From positions 7,414 through 71,413 of the forward strand of contig JAKSPL010000006.1 in NCBI GenBank assembly GCA_024404815.1: 64,000 nucleotides of DNA, in the 5' to 3' direction. The position numbers were made by a program, and so were the translations under genes. The stretch comes from Oscillospiraceae bacterium. GTDB taxonomy: Bacteria; Bacillota; Clostridia; Oscillospirales; Ruminococcaceae. Shown in pieces: positions 16,450 through 25,657 of the stretch (its first letter is position 1; each line of letters starts with the position of its first letter). Below the pieces are notes generated by a model, which ran no database searches, was not told the origin of the DNA, and saw only the letters and a program-made list of their open reading frames with translations.

Positions 16450-16941
16450 ATGAACGAGTCATACACTATCCGAAGATTTCAGCCGACAGATGCGGCAGAA
16501 GTATCCAACATGATCGCTGATACACTCCGAATTGTCAACAGCAAGGATTATACCGAAGCACAGATCGCGCATATTGTTGCTGCCATGTCGCCTGAAACGC
16601 TGACAACACGCGCCGCTGAGGGACATATGTATGTGGTGCTGGACGGAAGAAAGATCATCGGTGTAGGAGATATTGCAGGCTATTGGGGCAGTACGACTGA
16701 AAGCATCCTGCTGACGATTTTTGTCCACCATGACTATCATGGTCAGGGAATTGGTCGGCGTATCATTGAAACGCTGGAACAGGACGAATATTTCCTGCGT
16801 GCGAGCCGTATCGAAATCCCTGCGTCGATCACAGCGGTGGAGTTTTATCGGAAAATGGGATACGATTATAAAAACGGTGTCAGGGAACTGGACGAGGGTA
16901 CGATGTATCGTCTGGAAAAATTCCGCACACCGAATCCATGA
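16450..16941 (+). CDS. GNAT family N-acetyltransferase
   Basis: MNESYTIRRFQPTDAAEV...VHHDYHGQGIGRRIIETLE acetyl-CoA binding motif (Q/R-x-x-G-x-G/A). Confidence 0.85.
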   Translation: MNESYTIRRFQPTDAAEVSNMIADTLRIVNSKDYTEAQIAHIVAAMSPETLTTRAAEGHMYVVLDGRKIIGVGDIAGYWGSTTESILLTIFVHHDYHGQGIGRRIIETLEQDEYFLRASRIEIPASITAVEFYRKMGYDYKNGVRELDEGTMYRLEKFRTPNP

Positions 16942-16999
16942 AAAATAGTATCTTTGTGGACGGAAGAAAGAGGGCGTGTCCTTGGGGGAATGACAGCAT

Positions 17000-17030
17000 A
17001 AAAAGGGCGGAGTTTTGGTACTCCGCCCTT
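17000..17030. terminator. Bidirectional intrinsic terminator
   Basis: aaaaagggcggagt / actccgccctttgtt with A-run and T-run flanks, between convergent genes. Confidence 0.75.
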
Positions 17031-17035
17031 TGTTG

Positions 17036-17230
17036 TTATTGCTGAGTTGTGTTGTCGGGATTTTCCTTGTGACACGCGCCGCGCATGGCACAGCCTGCAC
17101 AGTTTCCGCCGCAGCCGCCTTTTCCGTTTTTTCGGTCACGCATGATTTTTATGACCGCCGCCAGAGCCGCCGCAAAGACCAGCAGTCCAACGAGCAGCGA
17201 AGCGAGATTTGCAGAGATCCAGTCTGCCAT
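17036..17230 (-). CDS. FeoB-associated Cys-rich small membrane protein
   Basis: One TM helix (LASLLVGLLVFAAALAAVI), then GGCGGNCAGCAMRGAC. ATG at 17230 lies 8 nt after GGAGG. Confidence 0.7.
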   Translation of the reverse strand: MADWISANLASLLVGLLVFAAALAAVIKIMRDRKNGKGGCGGNCAGCAMRGACHKENPDNTTQQ

Positions 17231-17406
17231 GTCTGCCACCTCCGTATCATTGTAATGTATACAGTATACCCGAAGAAAAGCCGTTTGTCAAATAGAAAAA
17301 CGCCGCTGCGTCCACAGAAAGCGGAGAGAAACCGCCCTGCACCCATCCAATCGCCAAAATCGGCATTCCTTACACAAAAACGTGCGAATTAAGCGGAAAA
17401 TCAGGC

Positions 17407-17435
17407 TTGCATTTTTCATTGCATTCTGGTATAAT
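17407..17435 (+). promoter_or_regulatory. Putative sigma-A promoter, -35 TTGCAT / 17 nt / -10 TATAAT
   Basis: TTGCAT at 17407-17412, TATAAT at 17430-17435. This implies the CNNM gene starts downstream of the listed ORF start. Confidence 0.55.
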
Positions 17436-17472
17436 AAAAAGTATCTTGATTATGAAAGGAACAACCATCTTT

Positions 17473-18714
17473 ATGTTACCCATAGCGATCCTATGTCTGT
17501 TGGTATTTTCAGCTTTGTTTTCAGCGTGTGAAACGGCGTTTTCCAGCGTTAATAAAATTCGTCTGAAACACAGCGCGATGCAGGGCGACAAGAAAGCGGA
17601 GAAGGCACTTTCTCTTGCGGAGTCGTTTGATAAAGCGCTTACTGCGATCCTGATAGGCAACAATCTGGTCAATATCGTATCTGCATCGCTTGGTACGATT
17701 TTATTTACCGCATGGTTTGGTGAGGGCGGTGTTGGAATCTCCTCGCTGATCATGACCGTACTGGTACTGATTTTCGGTGAGATCCTGCCGAAATCCTATG
17801 CGAAAACCCATGCAGAGCCGCTGACAAGGTTTTTTGCAGCACCGCTCTGCGGACTCATCTGGATTCTGACACCTGTCATTTTCCTGTTCAATCAACTGGC
17901 AAAGCTGGTCACGAGTAAAGATGAAGAACCATCTGTTACCGAGGACGAGCTGAAAGTCATTGTCGAACAGATCGAGGAGGAGGGCGTACTGGAAGAACAG
18001 GAAAGCGATTTGGTACGTTCTGCTTTGGAATTCGATGAAATCACGGTAACAGAAGTTCTGGTGCCGCGTGTGAATATTGTTGCTGTCCAGAAAGACACAC
18101 CGATCGAGGAGGTCAAGCAGATTTTCCTGCGCGAACGGTATTCCCGTCTGCCTGTGTACGATGAAACGCTCGATGACATCATCGGCTTTATTACGGAAAA
18201 GGATTTCTTCGGACTGTTGGAGGAAGGCGGCACTTCCCTGCGAAAGATTATCCAGAAGATTATCCGCCTGCCTGAATTTGCACGTATCAGCGACATTTTA
18301 GGGACGATGCAGCGCAACAAATCCCATATTGCCCTTGTCATCGACCAGTACGGCGGTACCAAAGGTATGGTGACACTGGAAGATATTATCGAGGAATTGG
18401 TCGGCGAGATCTATGACGAAGCCGATGAGATCGTTCCGATGATTACCCGTGTGGATGCAAATTCCTACGATGTGTCAGGTGAATACAGCATCGGCGATTT
18501 GTGTGACGCGCTGGAACTTTCCGAGGACAGCATCGAAACGGAATGTACTTCGCTGGGCGGCTGGGTCATGGAATTGTTCGGACATATCCCCGAGGTCGGC
18601 GAAAGCTATACGGGTGAATGGTTTACGCTGCGTGTCATAGCGGCGACAGAACAGAAAATTGAGCGTGTACGGTTTGCGCTGCGTGCAGCAGAGCATTCAG
18701 ACGCGGCGAAATAA
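17473..18714 (+). CDS. HlyC/CorC (CNNM, DUF21-CBS-CorC_HlyC) family transporter
   Basis: DUF21 TM domain (SACETAFSSVNKIRLK, ILIGNNLVNI), CBS pair and CorC_HlyC C-terminal domain. Start uncertain: 17452 or 17473. Confidence 0.9.
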   Translation: MLPIAILCLLVFSALFSACETAFSSVNKIRLKHSAMQGDKKAEKALSLAESFDKALTAILIGNNLVNIVSASLGTILFTAWFGEGGVGISSLIMTVLVLIFGEILPKSYAKTHAEPLTRFFAAPLCGLIWILTPVIFLFNQLAKLVTSKDEEPSVTEDELKVIVEQIEEEGVLEEQESDLVRSALEFDEITVTEVLVPRVNIVAVQKDTPIEEVKQIFLRERYSRLPVYDETLDDIIGFITEKDFFGLLEEGGTSLRKIIQKIIRLPEFARISDILGTMQRNKSHIALVIDQYGGTKGMVTLEDIIEELVGEIYDEADEIVPMITRVDANSYDVSGEYSIGDLCDALELSEDSIETECTSLGGWVMELFGHIPEVGESYTGEWFTLRVIAATEQKIERVRFALRAAEHSDAAK

Positions 18715-18726
18715 GGAGAAACGGAA

Positions 18727-19239
18727 ATGCTTGAAAAACTGCTGCAATTTGTATTAAAACTGATGCCGAAGCCGATCAAAAACCTATTTTATAAATATGA
18801 AAGCATCTGGCGGTACTGCTACTACGGCGCGTGGACAACGGTCGTATCCTTCGCGTCATTCCTGCTGGCAAAATTTGCATTGCAGGCAATGGGCTTCTCG
18901 CTGAAGAATTTCATCCCCCTTGCGATTGCGAATGTATTTTCGTGGATCTGCGCGGTCGTGTTTGCGTTTGTTGTCAATAAGAAGTACGTATTCATGAGCA
19001 AAACCGACACCAAAAAGGAACTGCTCTATGAACTTGGTACCTTTACGGGGGCGCGTGTGGCGTCGCTGGGCATCGAAGCAGGATTCATGGCGATCACGGT
19101 CAACCTGCTGCATTGGAACGATGTTCTGATGAAAATTATCGCACAGGTCGTTGTGCTGATCATCAACTATGTGTTCAGCAAACTCGTGATCTTCAAAAAG
19201 GCACGCGAGAATAAGGACAGCGAGAAACAGGCAGAGTGA
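18727..19239 (+). CDS. GtrA family membrane protein
   Basis: 170 aa with four helices, FAFVVNKKYVF and INYVFSKLVIFKK motifs. AAGGAGA RBS. Confidence 0.85.
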   Translation: MLEKLLQFVLKLMPKPIKNLFYKYESIWRYCYYGAWTTVVSFASFLLAKFALQAMGFSLKNFIPLAIANVFSWICAVVFAFVVNKKYVFMSKTDTKKELLYELGTFTGARVASLGIEAGFMAITVNLLHWNDVLMKIIAQVVVLIINYVFSKLVIFKKARENKDSEKQAE

Positions 19240-19257
19240 TTCTTATTAAAAACAGAA

Positions 19258-19298
19258 ACGCTTCATCCGATAAAGAATCGGGTGAAGCGTTTTTTTTG
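19258..19298 (+). terminator. Intrinsic terminator
   Basis: acgcttcatccgat / atcgggtgaagcgt stem followed by tttttttt. Confidence 0.85.
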
Positions 19299-19322
19299 CA
19301 GGTTATCGGTATTTCAAAGGTA

Positions 19323-21965
19323 CTACACATCCTTCATATGGAGCGTTGCGATCGTCAGCAGCGTCCAGAGAACGTGGTAGATGAGCATGATGCCGCCTGT
19401 GACGTAGTCATATGCGTGGAGCAGCAGGAAAATAATGACACAGAGGATGCCAAGGCAGGCAGAAACGACCTGCATGATCGCGCCAAGCATTGCGGTGGAA
19501 TAGATGCGTTTCGCACCGACGATCGTCTGGATGAATCCTGGGAGTCTGCCTGCGCAGACCATAGAGGGATTTGCAGTTTCAAGCGGTTTGGTTTCTGCGA
19601 CATAATCCTGTTCCATGCGTGTCGGAATGATTTTCAGCAGTTCCTCTGGGAATCCGAACATTCTCGACAGCCGCCGCTGAGAGAGCAATGCATCATTGCT
19701 GCGGACAAGCAGATGAATATCTTCGCGTTCCAGCTCGTGCAGCCATTTCTTGACGCTTCTGCTTGCGGTCAGACTGACGATAAACATAGCAGAGATCGTG
19801 CCCGAAACGGAGAGGTAGATCGCCTCAAAACTGCCGCCTGTCAGTTCATCCTCCTTGTGTGGTGCAGGGAGTCCTTCAATGCTGTGCTCGACCATCATTT
19901 CGCGCTTGCCGAGCAGGACACGTTTGTTGTGGATCCAGCCGCTGATACCACTTCCCTCGTCATATGCGTAATCTTCAACAGGGAGCAGCATTTGTTCCTC
20001 GGCGAGAATCGCACCGGAAAAAATATCTTTGAGAATACTGCCTGCGTGCTGTGTGAGACTTGCGGCGTACTGCAAAGCTTCTTCAATGCGGCTTTCGCCG
20101 ACGATCTGAATGGATTCGAGTTTTGTGGAACTCTGCGGAAACAGCGTCGCCGCATCCACCATGACCGTATTGACATCGTAGAAATCGTCAACACTCTGGT
20201 AGCCGAGCAGCAGACCGCTTCCGCGGACATACTGTTTTGTACCGAGTGCCATCGGGAGATTGGAAACAAGGGTGATACCTGCACAAGCCGCTGCGGCAAC
20301 GCAGAGAGCAAAGACAGCCAGACCATAGCAGATAGGATTTGCAACAGAGTCTGCACGGAGAATTGCAAGAAAAACGGAGAATATCAGCGAAATTGCCAGG
20401 ATGATCGGAACGGCAATCTTGCAGATATGGTCACCAAGATCGGAGGAGAATGTATACCGCAGGAAATCCGTGATCTGATTGGACGGCTGCATGGTCGCCA
20501 GAATCGGCAGATCACCGAGTGTGCCGCGTGTCAGATTTTCTGCACGTTTTTCGTCCTCGACGTAATGAATCGCATATTTCGGTTCATCGCCTGACAGGAT
20601 CTCGAAATTCCGCTGGGCACGCGAAACGATCATCTTTTTGGAGATGGCGTTCATCCAGACGGCAAGCAGACCGACTGCAATGTAAACAGAAGCGATGCCG
20701 TTTTGCAGGAGTTTCGGGAAAATCAGCATCGACAGCGCAGAAACCTCTGCGGTGGTGATGGCACAGGCGGCGAGGGAATCGCAGTCTGCCTTAAAGGAAA
20801 TCAGTTTTTTCAAACCGCTGCGGAGCAAATCGCCCGAAACGGGAACAGCGAGCAGACCAAGCAGAATCTGAATCAGCAGATAGCTGCGCGGAGATTCTGC
20901 GGAGGAAAGGAAATTCGGCATGGGAATCGCGGGGATCCAGTCGAGCAGCGTCAGCAGACAGCTGATGATAGTGACGATTCCGACCAGCACCACGCGCAGC
21001 GACAATGTCATTTTCAGTTCGTCAATGTCGCGGCGGATAGAGATTTTGTCCTCAGGGTGCTTGAAATCCTTTGCCTGTTTGGGGAGATCGGAGCGTTTGC
21101 GCCGTTCCTCATGGTAGTGAACGTCAATGTCAATGCCCTCCGATTCCGCAGGGGCAAGATTGATCTGTGTATATTCCGCTTTCTCTATGAGGTCTGTGGG
21201 TGCGGATACTTCCTCATAGGGCTGTTCCATGAACTGTTCGGGGATGCGGTCATCCTGCGGCACATTATTTTTGAGCTTCTTGCGTTTTTGGGGTGCCGCT
21301 GTTGGCTGTAAATGCTGTTCGGGGGATTCCTTTTCGTAGGGCAACGCCTCAGCATTGCGGTGGTGGCGTTTGCGGAGTTCTTTTGCGCGTGTCGAATCGC
21401 TCATGCGGCGGATTTTGGGCTGATAATCAGATTCCTGTGCAGGCTGTTCGGATTCCGAACGAACCGCATGGTCATATGCCTGTTCGGTGGTCGCCCCGGT
21501 CCATCTGGCACGCGATGCGGGTTCCAGATTCGCGATCGCATTCATAAAGGAAACCTGCGGCTTTTGAATATCGGCAGGTGTTACGGTGCGGACGGGTTCT
21601 GGTTTGCGAAGCGGTTCGCCTTTTTTGCGCTTTTTGACAGGATTGCCGTAGGGGTCGGTTTTGAGCGGTCTGCCGTTCTTTCCGACCTTTTCTTTTTTCT
21701 CCTGTTTCTTTTTATTGTGATGCGGTTTATCATTTTGAGGTGCCGATTCTGCTTCCTCGCTGACGGTTTGTGGCTGTTCTGCTTCCGTTTTGGTTTCCGT
21801 TGTGTCTTCGGAAGCTGCTTGCTCGGTTGTCTGCGGTTCGGCAGGCTGCTGTTCTTCGACAGGCTTTTGCGTCTCGGACGGCTGTGCAGCCGTGTCCGTC
21901 TGCGCCTGTTCGTTCAGCGGTTGCTCGTTCGGCTTCTCAATGGATTCACGTCGTTTGAATACCAT
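19323..21965 (-). CDS. P1B-type-ATPase-like membrane protein with degenerate catalytic motifs and long disordered N-terminus
   Basis: About 330 aa K/E/P/Q-rich N-terminus, then hydrophobic helices and a cytoplasmic loop colinear with heavy-metal ATPases (EEALQYAASLTQHAGS, GWIHNKRVLLGKREMM). VDAATLF replaces DKTGTLT, RSND replaces TGDN, CAGRLP replaces GDGxND. Confidence 0.75.
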   Translation of the reverse strand: MVFKRRESIEKPNEQPLNEQAQTDTAAQPSETQKPVEEQQPAEPQTTEQAASEDTTETKTEAEQPQTVSEEAESAPQNDKPHHNKKKQEKKEKVGKNGRPLKTDPYGNPVKKRKKGEPLRKPEPVRTVTPADIQKPQVSFMNAIANLEPASRARWTGATTEQAYDHAVRSESEQPAQESDYQPKIRRMSDSTRAKELRKRHHRNAEALPYEKESPEQHLQPTAAPQKRKKLKNNVPQDDRIPEQFMEQPYEEVSAPTDLIEKAEYTQINLAPAESEGIDIDVHYHEERRKRSDLPKQAKDFKHPEDKISIRRDIDELKMTLSLRVVLVGIVTIISCLLTLLDWIPAIPMPNFLSSAESPRSYLLIQILLGLLAVPVSGDLLRSGLKKLISFKADCDSLAACAITTAEVSALSMLIFPKLLQNGIASVYIAVGLLAVWMNAISKKMIVSRAQRNFEILSGDEPKYAIHYVEDEKRAENLTRGTLGDLPILATMQPSNQITDFLRYTFSSDLGDHICKIAVPIILAISLIFSVFLAILRADSVANPICYGLAVFALCVAAAACAGITLVSNLPMALGTKQYVRGSGLLLGYQSVDDFYDVNTVMVDAATLFPQSSTKLESIQIVGESRIEEALQYAASLTQHAGSILKDIFSGAILAEEQMLLPVEDYAYDEGSGISGWIHNKRVLLGKREMMVEHSIEGLPAPHKEDELTGGSFEAIYLSVSGTISAMFIVSLTASRSVKKWLHELEREDIHLLVRSNDALLSQRRLSRMFGFPEELLKIIPTRMEQDYVAETKPLETANPSMVCAGRLPGFIQTIVGAKRIYSTAMLGAIMQVVSACLGILCVIIFLLLHAYDYVTGGIMLIYHVLWTLLTIATLHMKDV

Positions 21966-22051
21966 TTGATGCGGCGATACTCCGTGCTGCGATTCGGAGA
22001 TGCCTGCTGCTCCTCTCTCGTTGATTATTCAGGATGCCTGTAAATTTTTGA

Positions 22052-22786
22052 TTATAGGGAATCGGTGCGCTGACGGACGACCTCATAGAGCAGGATACCT
22101 GCTGCAACGGAGGCGTTCAGCGAATTGATTTTTCCGAACATCGGAAGGCTGAGGATGCCGTCGCATTGTGCGCGGACAGGCGCACTCAGCCCGAAACCTT
22201 CGGAGCCGATGACGATACCGACTGCTCCGGTCATATCGGTTTTTGTCGCAGGCTGACCATCCATATCTGCGCCGAAAAACCAGATGCCGCGTTTTTTGAG
22301 GGCGATCATCTCGGTTGCGAGATTGCCGACACGGGCAACGGGGATCCAGCTGGCTGCGCCTGCGGAAGTTTTATAAACGGTTTGTGTGAGGGATGCGCTG
22401 CGGCGCTTTGGCAAAATGACACCGTCTGCACCTGCGGCTTCTGCGGTACGAAGGATCGCGCCGAGGTTATGGGGGTCTTCGATCCCGTCGCAGAGAATCA
22501 GAAACGGTGCGGTGCCTTTTTTCTCGCTGACGGCAAGAATATCCGCGACAGTCGCGTATTCTGCACACGCGCCCTCTGCGCAGACACCCTGATGATTGCC
22601 GCCGTCACACATGGCATCCAGCTTGCGGTTGTCGGTTGTTTTGACGACGATGCCGCGTTTTTTCGCCTCTTTGCAGATCGCACCGAGGCTGCCAGTCATC
22701 GACGTTACGAAAATATGGTCAATGGGTGTGTCGGCTTTGAGTGCCTCCATCACCGAGTTTCTTCCATAAATAATTTGTTCGTCCAT
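22052..22786 (-). CDS. rlmB: 23S rRNA (guanosine-2'-O)-methyltransferase, TrmH/SpoU family
   Basis: IIYGRNSVMEAL N-terminal domain, SpoU motifs LILCDGIEDPHNLGAILRTAEA, IVIGSEGFGL, INSLNASVAAGILLYE. ATG at 22786 after GGAGA. Confidence 0.9.
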   Translation of the reverse strand: MDEQIIYGRNSVMEALKADTPIDHIFVTSMTGSLGAICKEAKKRGIVVKTTDNRKLDAMCDGGNHQGVCAEGACAEYATVADILAVSEKKGTAPFLILCDGIEDPHNLGAILRTAEAAGADGVILPKRRSASLTQTVYKTSAGAASWIPVARVGNLATEMIALKKRGIWFFGADMDGQPATKTDMTGAVGIVIGSEGFGLSAPVRAQCDGILSLPMFGKINSLNASVAAGILLYEVVRQRTDSL

Positions 22787-22895
22787 GTGAATCTCCATTC
22801 GCATTCTGACAATTTATTCCCATTCCATTTTATTATACCATAACTCTGCGAAAAAGACAAGACGAAACAACAGGAATTTTTTCATTCCGAATTGG

Positions 22896-23159
22896 CTATT
22901 TTAACCAGAAGGCCATGAGCGCGGCACCGCACGCACCACTGGCGGCAACCACGAATATGCGCATCAGCAATCGTTTTCCGATTTGCAGCGGCTTTCTTGG
23001 AGAAAGTTCCGAGAGGAGCTTCTGCGTTTCCGTTCGGACGGCATTGCGGTCTTTTCGGCTGAGATTCGGTTTGAGATAGAGGACAACGCGTTCAAAATAA
23101 TCGCTGTTGGGATTTGCAAGTTCGATGACGGTTTTGCTGACACCGCGAAAAGTGGTCAT
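22896..23159 (-). CDS. Hypothetical small protein with C-terminal TM helix
   Basis: 87-aa ORF with hydrophobic C-terminus IFVVAASGACGAALMAFWL; no family recognised. Confidence 0.45.
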   Translation of the reverse strand: MTTFRGVSKTVIELANPNSDYFERVVLYLKPNLSRKDRNAVRTETQKLLSELSPRKPLQIGKRLLMRIFVVAASGACGAALMAFWLK

Positions 23160-23218
23160 AGGACAACCTCCCCATAAATAGAATTACGGAGAGTATGGGC
23201 AGAGAGCGGGGATTTATG

Positions 23219-23253
23219 CAAAAAAAGCCGCCGACAGGGGGATCCTGTCGGCG
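23219..23253 (-). terminator. Intrinsic terminator after hom
   Basis: gccgacagg / cctgtcggc stem; minus-strand reading followed by ggcttttttt. Confidence 0.75.
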
Positions 23254-23280
23254 TGATATGGGTTTTTCGGAAGGTATCCT

Positions 23281-24525
23281 TTATGCAGGCAGTACCGGCA
23301 TCCAATGGGCGATTTTCAAACCGGCACCGCGCAGTGCATCGAGCAGTTCGTCACGCTGGACCGCATTGAGCGGCATGGTGACGCAGGCTTTGTCGGAAGC
23401 GGAGATCGTACCGTTGATGGCTTCCTTTGCACAGAATGCAGCTGCAGTTTCACTGATGGTTTTGCTGCTTCCTGCCTGTTCGAAGCGAATGAACATACCG
23501 CAGACGAGTTCGCTGACGGGTGCGATGAAATCCTGATTTCCTGCATCTGTCCAGTCCTGAGAAAAGACAGTCTTGTCGTGCTTTGCGGCTTCAATGATGT
23601 CACCCATGACAGCCGAAGCGGTCGGGAACTTTCCTGCGCCGCGTCCGCAGAAATAAGCCTTGTCGATGGCATCGCCGCAGACTTCCACGCAGTTGAAAAC
23701 GTCGTCTACACGCGACAACATATTGTCGTGCGGAACAAACATCGGCATAACTGCGGGGAGAATTTTTTCGTTTTCGAGCTGCTTGACGAATGCGATCAGT
23801 TTAACCGCACCGTCGAGTTTGTCAGCTTCCGCCGCATCTTCGAGCGAAATTTCCCGAATGCCCGTGGTCGGAACACTTTCGGGGTAGACATGGCTGCCGA
23901 ATGCGAGCGAGGAGAGAATGCAGATCTTGCGGCAGGCATCGTGGCCGTCCACATCCGCGCTGGGATCACGTTCTGCATAACCGAGTTCCTGCGCCATTTT
24001 CAGCGCATCTTCGAAGCTCATATGGTCGGTCAGCATTTTGTTGAGAATGAAGTTTGTTGTGCCGTTGAGAATGCCGTAAATATCGGTGATCTCGTTGGCA
24101 GCGAGGCAGCGGTGAAGCGGACGGATGATCGGAATTGCACCGCCGACGCTTGCCTCAAAGAAGCAGTTGCAGGAATGGGCTTTTGCATTTGCGAGCAGTT
24201 CCGCGCCTTTCTTGGCAATCAGTTCCTTGTTGGAGGTCGTGACGCTGATGCCTTTTTCCAGACACTGCATGAGATATGTAAAGGCAGGTTCGACGCCGCC
24301 CATGCATTCAGCAACGACCGAAACCTCAGGATCTGCGAGAATATTATCAATCGACTTGACAAATTTTCCTGCATAGGGAGAATCAGGGAAGTCGCGCAGA
24401 TCAAGAATATATGCGAGGTCAAGCGGCTGACCTGCTTTCTGTTCGATTTTCTGCTGATTCTTGAAGAACAGCTCGACAACGCCCGAACCGACCGTGCCGA
24501 AGCCTAAAACAGCGATTTTTTTCAT
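23281..24525 (-). CDS. hom: Homoserine dehydrogenase with C-terminal ACT domain
   Basis: MKKIAVLGFGTVGSG Rossmann start, TSNKELIA, NGTTNFIL, AERDPSADVDGHDA motifs. Confidence 0.95.
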   Translation of the reverse strand: MKKIAVLGFGTVGSGVVELFFKNQQKIEQKAGQPLDLAYILDLRDFPDSPYAGKFVKSIDNILADPEVSVVAECMGGVEPAFTYLMQCLEKGISVTTSNKELIAKKGAELLANAKAHSCNCFFEASVGGAIPIIRPLHRCLAANEITDIYGILNGTTNFILNKMLTDHMSFEDALKMAQELGYAERDPSADVDGHDACRKICILSSLAFGSHVYPESVPTTGIREISLEDAAEADKLDGAVKLIAFVKQLENEKILPAVMPMFVPHDNMLSRVDDVFNCVEVCGDAIDKAYFCGRGAGKFPTASAVMGDIIEAAKHDKTVFSQDWTDAGNQDFIAPVSELVCGMFIRFEQAGSSKTISETAAAFCAKEAINGTISASDKACVTMPLNAVQRDELLDALRGAGLKIAHWMPVLPA

Positions 24526-24602
24526 AGTGGGTTCACCATGCTCTGCGGAAATGCCGCAGAAACGTCCTTTCTGATTGGAATATAACGACAGCCGCCCGAA
24601 GT

Positions 24603-25040
24603 TCAGGAGCCTGAGAGCATCCGCACATCGACTACGCCCGAAAGTCCTTTGAGGTTATCGCAGAGCGGACGAACCTGTGCGGCATCTTCCAGACGAAACG
24701 ATACCGTGACCGTTGCAGCCCCGTCTACGGGAATGCTCTGATTGACGGTCAGGATGTTAGCCTGAGCGGCATACAATGCAGCCAGAACGCCGGAAAGTAC
24801 TCCCGATTTATCATGCAGCAGCAGATAAACGGTGAAGATATGCTGATTCATCTGTTCCTCATAGATGAACACAGAATCGCGGTATTTATAGAATGCGCTG
24901 CGGGAGATCCCGACTTTGCGGCAGGCAGCGGCGGAACTTTTCTCCTCGCGGTTTGCGAGCAGACGCTTGACCAGCAGCGTTTTGATGATGACTTCCGGCA
25001 GTACGCCGACATCAACAACGACCCAGTTTTTTTCGGGCAT
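24603..25040 (-). CDS. ACT domain-containing protein (UPF0735/PheB-like)
   Basis: N-terminal HTH-like GISRSAFYKYRD, then ACT fold TVYLLLHDKSGVLSGVLAALYAAQANILTVNQSIP. Immediately upstream of hom; start uncertain (25040 ATG or 25070 TTG). Confidence 0.8.
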   Translation of the reverse strand: MPEKNWVVVDVGVLPEVIIKTLLVKRLLANREEKSSAAACRKVGISRSAFYKYRDSVFIYEEQMNQHIFTVYLLLHDKSGVLSGVLAALYAAQANILTVNQSIPVDGAATVTVSFRLEDAAQVRPLCDNLKGLSGVVDVRMLSGS

Positions 25041-25165
25041 TTGCAACGGAAGCACATCTCCTTTCTCCAAAACTTTCCACGTTAGGCGGACATCTGTGCG
25101 TTTGATGAAATCATTATAGCATATTTCAGAATGTTTGTCAAGCCTTTTGGTCTGCGGAATTGCAG

Positions 25166-25211
25166 GAAAAAAGCAATCCGCACGCTGTTTTCGGGCGTGA
25201 TCGGATTGCTT
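25166..25211 (-). terminator. Intrinsic terminator after GNAT gene
   Basis: aagcaatccgcacgc / gcgtgatcggattgctt stem; minus-strand reading followed by tttttcc. Confidence 0.7.
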
Positions 25212-25657
25212 TACAGGAATTTTCGGAGACAGATCATGTCTTTGAGCTGTACGCCGCCCTCGAAAATCGGGTGGTCATAGTGCAGCAGGAAGAAATCAGG
25301 GATAACGCGAAACCTCGTAAAACCGCAGCTTTCATAGAACGGAATGGTCAGCGGACTGTCACCTGTGCCGACATGAAGAACGTTATAATCGTTTCGGAAT
25401 TGTTCACAGAGAAATTCGATCAGCATTCTGCCGATGCCTTTTCGCTGTGCCGAGGGTGCGACTGCGATGTTTTTGAGTTCCAGCACGCCGTTTCCCTCGT
25501 CTGTGACGACACATTCCGCGAGAATGTCCTGTCCGTCTGATGCGGCAAACATTCTGCCGCGTGGCAAATAGCAGTCAATCATGCTTTCTTGTTCATCACC
25601 AAGCAGAAGAAGCGGAAGATACTGCTTTTTGTTCGTTGTTACTTCAAAAATCGTCAT
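25211..25657 (-). CDS. GNAT family N-acetyltransferase
   Basis: LKNIAVAPSAQRKGIGRMLIEFL acetyl-CoA motif. 4-nt ATGA overlap with the upstream GNAT gene. Confidence 0.85.
   Translation of the reverse strand: MTIFEVTTNKKQYLPLLLLGDEQESMIDCYLPRGRMFAASDGQDILAECVVTDEGNGVLELKNIAVAPSAQRKGIGRMLIEFLCEQFRNDYNVLHVGTGDSPLTIPFYESCGFTRFRVIPDFFLLHYDHPIFEGGVQLKDMICLRKFL

Noticed and set aside
19236-22043. Plus-strand ORFs of 452, 202 and 243 aa
   Set aside because: All are antisense to the 880-aa ATPase-like gene. Their compositions are Cys/Arg/Phe-rich and no family motifs are present.
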